Part shown: positions 1 to 8,607 of the stretch, one piece after another | Position numbering within the stretch: position 1 is the first letter of the stretch | How the letters are laid out: each line of letters begins with the position of its first letter | NCBI GenBank assembly: GCA_048882505.1 | Contig: JBHLRO010000001.1 | Span: 390,001-422,000, forward strand | Direction of reading: 5' to 3' | DNA length: 32,000 bases | Origin: Candidatus Thorarchaeota archaeon | GTDB taxonomy: Archaea; Asgardarchaeota; Heimdallarchaeia; Hodarchaeales; Hodarchaeaceae | Made by a program: the position numbers and the translations under genes | Notes under the pieces: generated by a model | What the model saw: the letters and a program-made list of their open reading frames with translations, nothing else | Database searches by the model: none | What the model was told of the DNA's origin: nothing

Positions 1-777
1 AAATGAATTACTTAACATGATCAAACCATAAGGTAGAATGGACCCGAAGAAAGCAAGACCTATCCCGAGGACAAGAAAATCTATTGACAACAAAGTATTG
101 ATAGAAAATGTGCTCAGTTCGGGAGGTAAGGGAAGAAGGAACTGTAAGAGAAGGAGAGGAAGACTTGCTATAAACCCCCATATAAGAACCCATGATATTG
201 ACAGAGCAGGAGGTATATTTCGACGGGATTCGCTCGTATAAGCACCCACAAGAAGGTATAGAGCGTACACAGATCCATTGAACACAGCCAATAAATCGCC
301 GCCAAATGAGGAAAGAAATGAATCCCACTCCCAAGGACGGGTTAACACTACAATTCCTGTGAATGCCAACCCAAGAGCAAGTAGCTTTGATCTCGTCATC
401 CTTTCTTTTAATAATAAAGTTCCAAGTAATAGAGTAACAAATGGATGGACTTGTACAAGGAGGGCAGCTTCTCCGATTGGGGTTTTTAAGGCAATTGCAC
501 TAAGATAGGCCACAATGCTAAGTGTGAATAGAAAACCTTGAATGATATAAGGGATCTGATATTGTAGACTAGTAAAAACTATACCTCGATTACGGATCAA
601 AGAAATAAGAAGGAAAGAACCCCCCCAAATTGCTCCAATGAATAAACGTATAAAGGTTTGTTCTACACTGGAGGCTCCTATGTCTCGCAATAAAGCTGAG
701 AATACTGGAATCGATCCAAACGTAAACCCAGCTAGTACTGCCACGAAGTACCCAGGTAACCTGCTTTGTGATACCAT
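1..777 (-). CDS. EamA/DMT-family drug/metabolite transporter (3' end runs off the window)
   Basis: Hand-translated open frame from ATG at 777 to base 1 with no stop: MVSQSRLPGYFVAVLAGFTFGSIPVF...EQTFIRLFIG...AALLVQVHPFVTLLLGTLLLKERMTRSKLLALGLAFTGIVVL...GDLLAVFNGSVYALY...GLAFFGSILPYGL. It carries EamA repeat signatures (P-x-F/V-T...LLKER; GDLLA) and many hydrophobic segments. It is absent from the ORF track because it has no stop in the window. Confidence 0.85.
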   Translation of the reverse strand, partial: MVSQSRLPGYFVAVLAGFTFGSIPVFSALLRDIGASSVEQTFIRLFIGAIWGGSFLLISLIRNRGIVFTSLQYQIPYIIQGFLFTLSIVAYLSAIALKTPIGEAALLVQVHPFVTLLLGTLLLKERMTRSKLLALGLAFTGIVVLTRPWEWDSFLSSFGGDLLAVFNGSVYALYLLVGAYTSESRRNIPPALSISWVLIWGFIASLPLLLLQFLLPLPPELSTFSINTLLSIDFLVLGIGLAFFGSILPYGLIMLSNSF

Positions 778-801
778 GTGAATCACTGCAATCAATAACG
801 G

Positions 802-1284
802 CTATTCAGTTGCATTTGGGGGTGGCAAGCGCCTCATCATTTCGTTATCCATAGCAGAATAACCCATTTTTTCATAAACTGCGCGAGCTATTTCGGTAGT
901 GTGCAAAGATGTCAAAGAAACTTGTTGTTGTTTGAGAAAGTCATGAATTTTTTCTAGCAACTTCATGGCGAGCCCTTGGTTTCTCCACTCCTTGCGAGTA
1001 TACATATTCATAACGTATGCTTCTCTGCCAGAAGGATTCTGTGGAGAAGGAGGTTTTTGGAGGAAAATTAGCCCGCTTGATGCGACTATCAGGTTGTCTG
1101 AAAATGCGACCCAAGAAAGGAATTTTCCAGAAGGAATGTTTGTACGAAAGAATGATCTTAAAGAGTTCCTGAGTAATTGCTCGTCCTTTCTGGATGGAAT
1201 TGCGTTCATTTCGTAAAACAGTTGAACACGAAGCTCTACGAGCTCTGAAATATCTTCAATGCCTGCTCGTCGAATAATAATCAT
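802..1284 (-). CDS. GNAT-family N-acetyltransferase
   Basis: 160 aa. IRRA...D start, acetyl-CoA motif A (NMYTRKEWRNQGLAMKLL) and motif B (ARAVYEKMGY). It ends 24 nt upstream of the EamA gene on the same strand. Confidence 0.9.
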   Translation of the reverse strand: MIIIRRAGIEDISELVELRVQLFYEMNAIPSRKDEQLLRNSLRSFFRTNIPSGKFLSWVAFSDNLIVASSGLIFLQKPPSPQNPSGREAYVMNMYTRKEWRNQGLAMKLLEKIHDFLKQQQVSLTSLHTTEIARAVYEKMGYSAMDNEMMRRLPPPNATE

Positions 1285-1449
1285 AATAGATCTCTTCTCT
1301 GGAGCACCAATGGTAATTCTGATTACTAGACAGCAGAAATACCAAACAAATTTAGATGATACCTCAGTTGGCGTAGGGTAAAAAAAACTTCAGAAGCGCT
1401 ATCTAACTTACATCTTTTTAATTTATTATCAGAATTATTTCATAGCAAA

Positions 1450-2910
1450 GTGTCTAACCATAAGAGTGTAATTGAAAAGCGGAGCTACCAAACCCAGATC
1501 CTAAAACGGCTTCGGGATAATTTTGACCACGATCCCAAACAACACACCATTGCTGAGATAGACACCGGGATGGGGAAGCGTGTTCTAATGTACCTTCTGA
1601 TGAAAGAGACCCTTCCCTCTCAACGCACGCTCTTATTACTTCATTCAACCACCAGCTTCTCAGAGACGATTCATTACTTCAATGAAGAATATGGGGGTTT
1701 TCCCGAAAATTCCTTCCAATATATTAGCTCTCGCACTCCAGGGTGGCTTAGGAAAAAAATCCTCTTAGACGATAAGTCACGCATAATTGCGGCAACGCCT
1801 CAAGCGTTCGCCAACGCCTTCGATAAGCTTTCAGGCTCAGAAAAACCAACATTCGACGTTGTCATCATCAACGAGATTGATAAGATTGTCAGACGACAAG
1901 GCGATTCTCGCCTCCTGATTTTTCCTTACAATTCTCTGATCCCTTATTTCATCGAGACAGGCAGTTGGATTCTGGGAATGACAGGGACAATACGAGACAC
2001 CCATATCCTGTATGATCCACACACAGAACAACTTGAAATTCGTCCCGAAGCTGTCACGATAGATAAACGGATTCCAGATCTCTTTATTCTTCGAATGGAT
2101 ACTATCCTGGCCGAGACAGACATAGAAGACTATATCCAATATACGCAGATTCAAATGTTCCCTATCCAGCCAGAACCAGCCCTAAACAAGATTTTAACGC
2201 TTATCGATGACGCCATAAAGGGATTAAGGGAGCATGTTATAGAAGAGACATTAGAAGACCGTCCTACGCTATTAGATGCTATCCCCGAAACACAGGTCGC
2301 ACGTGTTGCTTCAATGTTAGAGGCACGGGATAGTAAAAAGCTGATGGGACTTCTATTAACCCGAAAATATTGTACAGCTATGCAATCCCCCAAATTTCGG
2401 AAGTTCTTGTTCCGCTTGAAGCAGTTTGGCATCACCAAAGACATAATTGATGCCGTCCCTCCAATAAGTCTTAAAGCCAATAAGGTATTAGAATTGCTAA
2501 AAGAACGACCTCAAGATTCAAAAACCGTGGTTCTATGTTCTTATCTCGATACCGCTCATCTTCTTGAGGAGGAAATCGGCTCAATAGGCATCACACCCTT
2601 TCTTGTGACTGGTGAAATCCGCCATAAAGGAGAAGTTCTCAATGACTTCAAGGAATATTCTGGCACGGCTACATTGGTGGTGACAAGCGTTGGTGAGCGT
2701 GATATTGACATCCCTCAAGCAGACCTGTTGATTGTGTACGATGTTGTCAATACTGTAAAAACAATGTACCAACGCATGAAACGGACACGTGGAGGACGAG
2801 TTTTATGTTTGTGCTATCAGGATACCTTTGAAGAACGGAAAGTTTCCAGGTTATTGAGAGAAATCACTCAACGTTATCCGTGGTCTTCTATAATTGAGTC
2901 TCCAAAATAA
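1450..2910 (+). CDS. Superfamily-2 helicase-like protein (Hef/FANCM-type core) with divergent catalytic motifs and no nuclease domain
   Basis: 486 aa, GTG start. Motifs occur in SF2 order: Q motif RSYQ, motif I DTGMGKR, Ia/Ib AATPQ, II NEID, III TGT, IV VVLCSY, V TSVGERDIDIP, VI QRMKRTRG. Confidence 0.75.
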   Translation: MSNHKSVIEKRSYQTQILKRLRDNFDHDPKQHTIAEIDTGMGKRVLMYLLMKETLPSQRTLLLLHSTTSFSETIHYFNEEYGGFPENSFQYISSRTPGWLRKKILLDDKSRIIAATPQAFANAFDKLSGSEKPTFDVVIINEIDKIVRRQGDSRLLIFPYNSLIPYFIETGSWILGMTGTIRDTHILYDPHTEQLEIRPEAVTIDKRIPDLFILRMDTILAETDIEDYIQYTQIQMFPIQPEPALNKILTLIDDAIKGLREHVIEETLEDRPTLLDAIPETQVARVASMLEARDSKKLMGLLLTRKYCTAMQSPKFRKFLFRLKQFGITKDIIDAVPPISLKANKVLELLKERPQDSKTVVLCSYLDTAHLLEEEIGSIGITPFLVTGEIRHKGEVLNDFKEYSGTATLVVTSVGERDIDIPQADLLIVYDVVNTVKTMYQRMKRTRGGRVLCLCYQDTFEERKVSRLLREITQRYPWSSIIESPK

Positions 2911-2975
2911 TTTTCGGCTATCCCCACATTTACACTTATATTGAGAAACATTTAGGGATTCTTGATCTAACATCG

Positions 2976-3674
2976 TTATAGGAAAAACGTCAGACCACCC
3001 CCAGTAAGGAGGAGGAGAATACACGATCCAAAAACCGCTCCCCATATTCGCGGATCCCAATTCAATACCTTTGCTCCATCAAGAATACCTATGGGAAGTA
3101 GATTAAACGTAGCGAGAAACACGTTTAGTCCCACGCCCATTATGCCCAGGATTATCATCCACGAGGCGATCTCAGGCGTAGTGTTCGAGAAAATCCAACC
3201 TAACCCATGAATTGTCATGAAAAATCCCGCTAGAATGAGGTTGGAGATCGGACCTGCCAACGAGACTCTCCCTCGAATACCTGAGGATGCACTGGCCTCT
3301 CCCCACCAAAAAACTGCTCCTGTTGCGAGAATAGGAAATCTTATGATTATGGAAATCAGTGTCATCATGAGAGCTTCTTTTGCTAACCTATATTCGGCTC
3401 TCGCGCCATATCTTATGGCCGCAAACTTATGAGCAAGCTCATGTGTGAAAAAACTTAAACCAAAAATGAAGAAAAACAGAATTAACTCATCAGAGAGCCG
3501 CCCCTCTCTAATAATGGAATCAAGGTAAAAGAGATATACGATCACTGCACAACTGATCATCCATCCAATCCCAAGTTCAGAGATCTCATTGAGAGACAGG
3601 TGAAATCGATCTAAAAAGGATTTTCGTGCATAATCTGCGTCCAATCTTTCTTGCCAATCTGATTTTTTCTCCAT
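2976..3674 (-). CDS. M50-family (site-2 protease-like) intramembrane zinc metalloprotease
   Basis: HELAH (HExxH) in a hydrophobic segment, SLAGPISN, and NLLPIGILDG (NxxPxxxLDG). I prefer the ATG at 3674 (MEKKSDW), 4 nt after the upstream stop, over the ORF-track start at 3791, which overlaps the upstream gene. Confidence 0.85.
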   Translation of the reverse strand: MEKKSDWQERLDADYARKSFLDRFHLSLNEISELGIGWMISCAVIVYLFYLDSIIREGRLSDELILFFFIFGLSFFTHELAHKFAAIRYGARAEYRLAKEALMMTLISIIIRFPILATGAVFWWGEASASSGIRGRVSLAGPISNLILAGFFMTIHGLGWIFSNTTPEIASWMIILGIMGVGLNVFLATFNLLPIGILDGAKVLNWDPRIWGAVFGSCILLLLTGGGLTFFL

Positions 3675-3678
3675 TCCT

Positions 3679-4089
3679 TTAACCACCATCAGTACATATG
3701 TGATCTCCTCGTAGGTAGTGTTTGCCACAGAGGTATTGTCCACATAGCCCGCAACGGAATGGCTTATGGATTTGTCTGCCACAAGCTCCACAATATGCCA
3801 TTTCAGGTTTTTCTGCTGAAGAAGGCTCCACTTCCCTAAATGTCTTTACTACCCGGAATTCTGAAAGATCAGGTGCAGCCTCATATTCCGCGGTGTAACC
3901 CTTTATCCTTTCGGGGGCAAACAAAAGATAAGCAAAAAACACGCCTACCCCGATGGTCACAATTCCTAAGAATATATAATATTCCCCAATGCTGACTTGT
4001 GGTATGAAAACGGACCCCAGGAATGTAAAACCGAGACCAACTATCCCCAATATTCCAAATCCAATCAAAAACTTCTTATGCAAGTACAT
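3679..4089 (-). CDS. Two-TM membrane protein with a C-terminal AN1-type zinc finger
   Basis: 136 aa. Two hydrophobic helices, then CGACGRQIHKPFRCGLCGQYLCGKHYLRGDHIC, which matches the AN1 pattern C-x2-C-x(8-12)-C-x2-C-x4-C-x2-H-x5-H-x-C. Confidence 0.75.
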   Translation of the reverse strand: MYLHKKFLIGFGILGIVGLGFTFLGSVFIPQVSIGEYYIFLGIVTIGVGVFFAYLLFAPERIKGYTAEYEAAPDLSEFRVVKTFREVEPSSAEKPEMAYCGACGRQIHKPFRCGLCGQYLCGKHYLRGDHICTDGG

Positions 4090-4102
4090 TCAAAGAATCA
4101 TC

Positions 4103-4765
4103 CTAATTTCGTGGAGGTAGGATGTCTAATAGGTCTGTGAGCGAATTAATGACCATTACATTTGGAATTATCTGTTCGAAATCTTCCTCATTAAACATTC
4201 CTCTACGCCCGATAAAAAAGATGCCATTAGCCTGACTTCGTCGCGCATCATTCAAACTGTCACCCACGAAAATTAGTTCATTCGGACTTAAATTGTATCT
4301 ATTCATAATATATTCAAAATGATCTCTTCCCTTTTCAAAGCCAGGTCTCCAACCAAGCACATCATGTACAAAACGAGACAATTCTTTACGTTCAAGATAT
4401 TCCTTTATTATATCTTCAAATGTTCCGCTAGAAATTCCTAATTTATACCTACGACGATTAAATTCCATTAAAACCTGCGGGGTCTCCTTGAAGGGATCTT
4501 GATCGTAGATTCGTTCAATTTTCATTTGTTCAAATTTCTCAACTATCTCAGCGTTTTCGTCAGTGGATCCTGGGGCTATAATCTCCATCTGTTGAACAAA
4601 GGGGAGTCCCGTTGTTTTCCTGTACACTTCAGTGGCTTGATATTGTGACATTCCATGATAGTGAATGAGTAACTGGACAGCATTTTTCTCAAGGAATGGC
4701 ATGGAATCTATACAGGTTCCGTCAAAATCCAATAGAATATAACGGAAATTTTGAAAAGGCGGCAA
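4103..4765 (-). CDS. HAD-superfamily hydrolase (phosphoglycolate-phosphatase-like, class IA)
   Basis: Motif I LLDFDGT, motif II ISSG, motif III Lys (FEKG), motif IV FVGDSLND. TTG start, with no Met before motif I. Confidence 0.9.
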   Translation of the reverse strand: MPPFQNFRYILLDFDGTCIDSMPFLEKNAVQLLIHYHGMSQYQATEVYRKTTGLPFVQQMEIIAPGSTDENAEIVEKFEQMKIERIYDQDPFKETPQVLMEFNRRRYKLGISSGTFEDIIKEYLERKELSRFVHDVLGWRPGFEKGRDHFEYIMNRYNLSPNELIFVGDSLNDARRSQANGIFFIGRRGMFNEEDFEQIIPNVMVINSLTDLLDILPPRN

Positions 4766-4942
4766 CTAATAACCCTGACTTCTTATTTTACCAGGTTGCT
4801 ATATAAGCAACTTTTACGAGGACAGACCTAAAAAGAAATAACTAGATTGATTAAATACGTATTCATGGATAATGAGTGTGTTTTCTAAATAGTGATAGTA
4901 ACCCAAATCAAACTAGATAAAAATTGAAGCAAAGAAAGGCAT

Positions 4943-4967
4943 AGAAAAAAAGGGGGAGGGGGGGAGG
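4943..4967 (-). terminator. Probable archaeal pyrimidine-tract/oligo-U terminator of the first subtilase gene
   Basis: The minus strand reads CCTCCCCCCCTCCCCCTTTTTTTCT, starting 14 nt after the subtilase stop. Oligo-U tracts are established archaeal terminators. Confidence 0.55.
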
Positions 4968-4980
4968 TATGTACTAGTCT

Positions 4981-7356
4981 TTAGACATAATAGACTCTTA
5001 GATTCCAGGATTCAACATTTCCATAGGTTTCGTAACCCAGTAGGAGTACTAATACCCATTGAATGTCCTGACTATCAATAAAAACTCCTTCAGGAGATCT
5101 TAATGACGCTCCAGAGACTTCAACATGAGTGTCGATTCCGTCATCCCAAAGAATAATCATGTCCAGATCGCTTGTGGGATATTTGGTCCAGTCATTTTCC
5201 CACCAAAGTTCCACAATGACACCATCAGTACCGTACCCAACAGGAATCCAGCCAATTCCAGCACCCGTTACTAAAGTGCCGAAATATGACTCGTTGGGAC
5301 TTTGGGGTTCAGTTTCCTCCGTTACGGTGATCGTTATTTCACCCGAAATACGCCCAGCACTGGTCCAATCGTTTTCGAGCACGATTTCCATGTAGCCTGG
5401 TTGTATGATCTGATTATACCAGTCACCACCGAAGTATGTAGCACCAATCCAAGTTGTACTGTAATCCTCTATCCAGAAAGTCGCTTCACCGTATACATTT
5501 GCACTGTCCAGGAAATAATCGTATCCAGAACGGACAGCGCTCCCAACATAAAGTTCAAATGTATTCAATCCGTACGGATTTCTTACCGTTCTTACGTTAG
5601 AGATGTCAATAGTAATACTATCCGTTGCCTCAGTCACTTCGATATAGAAATGCTTTGCAAGCCCAGGATCAAGATTCTTCACCGAATAAGTGAACGTCCC
5701 ACTTCCCACAATTCCAGTATTCATTCCTTTGGGCGGTACTGGTGTGTTTGGGGCTGGGGCAGGGATCGGAGGATGGGGGGTTCCCCAAAATGGGTCATTC
5801 ATTAGCGCGTTCATCGAATTCCCTGCATTAAGATAACCTGCTCCTTGATCAATCTCATCAAATCCTGGAAGCCAGGTCGCTCCTTCTCTGAGTGCTTCTT
5901 TATAGTCATATGGAGATGCTCCTGAGCCTTCTCCGACGGTATTAAGTAGGGCTACGGCTCCTGAAACTGCAGGACACGACATCGATGTTCCTGAAGCCCA
6001 TGCTATGAGCGAGGCACCTGGAAAGGCGGGATGGATATAGGCGGATAGCACGAAGATTCCTGTTGCAGAAAGGGTAGGTTTGAAACGTCCGTCAGCTGTC
6101 GGACCACGGCTACTGAATGCATAAATCTGAGGAGTATCACTGACGAAGAGTTGATGTCCAATTCCTGGGATTCCATAATCATTATCCCAGAAAACCCTTG
6201 TATTTACTGGATGTGCAGCAGCTCCTACTGCGATTGAGGTATGTGCTGTACCAGGACTGCCAACAGATTCAGAAGCAGGTCCATCATTACCAGCGGAAGT
6301 AACTACTGTAATTCCTTTAGAAGTCGCCAAATCTACAGTCTGGTCTTCTAAGTCACGGCCATCATAACCAGTACCACCACCAAGGCTCATACTGATCACA
6401 TCGACATCGTAAGCTCCAGTATCATGCAGATCAATCGCAAAATCAATTGCATTGATAATATCAGACTCGGGTACACCTGCTCCCGTATGGTCAAAGACTT
6501 TAATGCCATATATTTGGGCCAATGGAGCCACACCAAAAAGTGGGATAATATGATATCCAGGATACCCAATGGAGGAGGCTTCTGGAGGAGGAGCGGCGTA
6601 TTGAGCAATTGCTTTATATAGAGGATCGCTAGAATGTACAAGAATTCCACCTGCACCCGCTACTATCCCAGCAACATGTGTTCCATGCCAATGGTTATAT
6701 GGATTATCAAAACCTTCAAACTCTGTTCCAACATCGCTGGTCAGATCTACTCCACCGATTACTGGACCATAGGGATACCATCCGAGCAGGGCATGATTAG
6801 CAAAAACTCCTGTGTCAATAATTACCACTAAGGAATCTTGGCCAAAATTACCTGTACCCCATACCGGACCTGCGCCCATCGCAATAGGATTCCAATATGT
6901 ATTTGGCTCCATTAGTGGAACCAAAGCTTCAATTTGATCGGGAGTAAGACCTACAATCTGATCTTCTTCTACGTTGAGTTCAGAGATCGCTCCATTTCGA
7001 AGTGCCATGTCATCAATAGCAGAGGGATATCTAAATTCATCGACAGAAATCTTCTTCACATTATAATGTGATCTTAACACTGTAACCGTATTCGGTGAGA
7101 TTTCCGCAGATAATCCATTGACATGTTTGAACGAATGAAATACTGTTCCACCAGATGATTCTATTTCAGAAATAACCGATGAATAATCGTGGTCGATTGT
7201 TTCGATCAGGACCCTTTGAGGATTTCCTTTGTTCAGAGCAATTTTCTTCATTAACTCAGAAGAGACGGTCATTTGTGTCCGAGTCGTAACTATGGGGATT
7301 AGGAGCGACAGTGCAAGACCGAAAATTATCACACTCATCAAAATTCTTCTTTTCAC
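4981..7356 (-). CDS. Secreted S8 subtilisin-like serine protease, paralog 1
   Basis: 791 aa. Signal-like N-terminus (MKRRILMSVIIFGLALSLLIP), I9-type propeptide (FKHVNGLSAEI), triad IDTG / HGTHVAG / GTSMSCP, oxyanion AGNDG, FSSRGP, and C-terminal beta-rich domains. GTG start with a GGTGA RBS at 7363-7367. Confidence 0.95.
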   Translation of the reverse strand: MKRRILMSVIIFGLALSLLIPIVTTRTQMTVSSELMKKIALNKGNPQRVLIETIDHDYSSVISEIESSGGTVFHSFKHVNGLSAEISPNTVTVLRSHYNVKKISVDEFRYPSAIDDMALRNGAISELNVEEDQIVGLTPDQIEALVPLMEPNTYWNPIAMGAGPVWGTGNFGQDSLVVIIDTGVFANHALLGWYPYGPVIGGVDLTSDVGTEFEGFDNPYNHWHGTHVAGIVAGAGGILVHSSDPLYKAIAQYAAPPPEASSIGYPGYHIIPLFGVAPLAQIYGIKVFDHTGAGVPESDIINAIDFAIDLHDTGAYDVDVISMSLGGGTGYDGRDLEDQTVDLATSKGITVVTSAGNDGPASESVGSPGTAHTSIAVGAAAHPVNTRVFWDNDYGIPGIGHQLFVSDTPQIYAFSSRGPTADGRFKPTLSATGIFVLSAYIHPAFPGASLIAWASGTSMSCPAVSGAVALLNTVGEGSGASPYDYKEALREGATWLPGFDEIDQGAGYLNAGNSMNALMNDPFWGTPHPPIPAPAPNTPVPPKGMNTGIVGSGTFTYSVKNLDPGLAKHFYIEVTEATDSITIDISNVRTVRNPYGLNTFELYVGSAVRSGYDYFLDSANVYGEATFWIEDYSTTWIGATYFGGDWYNQIIQPGYMEIVLENDWTSAGRISGEITITVTEETEPQSPNESYFGTLVTGAGIGWIPVGYGTDGVIVELWWENDWTKYPTSDLDMIILWDDGIDTHVEVSGASLRSPEGVFIDSQDIQWVLVLLLGYETYGNVESWNLRVYYV

Positions 7357-8111
7357 ATGTGTTCACCTTTTTTTATATTAAGAACACGAAGCTATTCTAG
7401 AAAGCAGGATTTGGGCAAGACATTTTCAGTTTTAGAATTGCATTTGCTAATGCTTCTAATAGCTCGTTATTCCTATTCGTTTCGACTTTATTACAATTTC
7501 ATTATGTACTAGAGAAAAACGCTATTAGCAAGCAATAGAGATTTGCTGATAAACTCTCTAGTCACCTATGAAACAAAATACGGATTTCGCTGTCCGTTCT
7601 TTAAAAGATTTCGAGATAAATTTTGTAGAACAATAGTAGGACTGATTCTAATCAGTGAAATATAGCATGTACGATTAGGTAAGATCAGTGTCTTACAGGT
7701 TACACACTGCAAAAACTTATAGATAAAGGAAAGAATGCAGAAAAACCTGACAGAGGAATTTCATTCAAAACCATATGATCAAATTTTAAGAGAGGGACAG
7801 CACTTTTTCAAGATCGATAGGAGACTAGTGGAATGGACGTAGTCAGCGGCACTCGAATAATATTCTCAAGATTTCCTGACGTCAATTGTATAATGTATTA
7901 ATCAGCTATACATATAGCGGATATAATTTATATTTAGAAAGTGATGGATTCAGAAATTGCTTTTCCTGCGTTTTATTACCCTTGAATTGCGGGTTTCTAC
8001 ACATAATTTTTTTGAAAATTCCAAAACTAGAAAAATTTCCTGCATATACTCCCTTTAGAGAGTTCATCCTCAGATTTTTTACGAAGTTCTTATTGATTCT
8101 TACCTTCTTTT

Positions 8112-8241
8112 CGATTCAAGCGCGATTCAAACGCTTGGGTCGTTGATGGATTCCAAACCAATGGACTCGACGAACCTTGGCAGTTAGATGTCTCCTACCT
8201 ATGAGGATTCACACCTCATTCTCCCCTCCTCCCATTTTTTT
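8112..8241 (+). other. Candidate structured RNA element (two hairpins followed by a C-run/U-run)
   Basis: An 11-bp stem CGATTCAAGCG (8112-8122) / CGCTTGGGTCG (8132-8142) includes two G-U pairs that form only on the plus strand. There is a 6-bp stem ATGAGG/CCTCAT (8201-8219), then CTCCCCTCCTCCCATTTTTTT (8221-8241). Confidence 0.25.
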
Positions 8242-8555
8242 CGCTAACCTCTCTATTCAGATAAATTTATTCATTTTGTCTCCAACAATTTTCACTGCGG
8301 TGATTTGAGAGAGCAAGGACCCATTGATGTATCTACACACTCTGTGTGGCCATATGGAATTTGTGTAGGTTCATTAAAACAAGAAGAGAGCTTATCATAT
8401 CATCGTGTGGACTGAGAAAAATAGCCACGCTTTGGATGAACGAGCATGAAATTTCGTGAGGTTTGGTATCGAGGAATTATCCCGGATAGCTCCCTGTTTT
8501 AACGTTCAAAGATTCCCATATCAGAGCTGCAAAAGAAACGTGTCAATTGAGTTAC

Positions 8556-8578
8556 GAAAAAAGAAAAAAAAGGGGGAA
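8556..8578 (-). terminator. Probable pyrimidine-tract/oligo-U terminator of the second subtilase gene
   Basis: The minus strand reads TTCCCCCTTTTTTTTCTTTTTTC about 30 nt after the stop. It has the same C5-then-U-run layout as the element after paralog 1. Confidence 0.55.
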
Positions 8579-8607
8579 TGGAATTAAACAATAGAAGAAG
8601 GATGATC

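Noticed and set aside
8-508. ORF-track entries 8..334(-), 38..241(+) and 278..508(+)
   Set aside because: They are shadow frames of the EamA gene, which occupies 1..777 on the minus strand.
4952-4967. G-rich run as a G-quadruplex
   Set aside because: The run layout is marginal for an intramolecular G4 and is better explained as the complement of the terminator pyrimidine tract.
7440-7565. Imperfect inverted repeats upstream of subtilase 1 (CTAATAGC/GCTATTAG; ACTAGAGA/TCTCTAGT)
   Set aside because: Only 8-bp cores in AT-rich DNA. They could be operator sites, but there is no transposase or target duplication to support a MITE and no second copy.
7886-8146. 86-aa plus-strand ORF between the proteases
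   Set aside because: TTG start, no RBS, AT-rich Phe/Leu/Ile-biased composition typical of non-coding DNA, and no motif.
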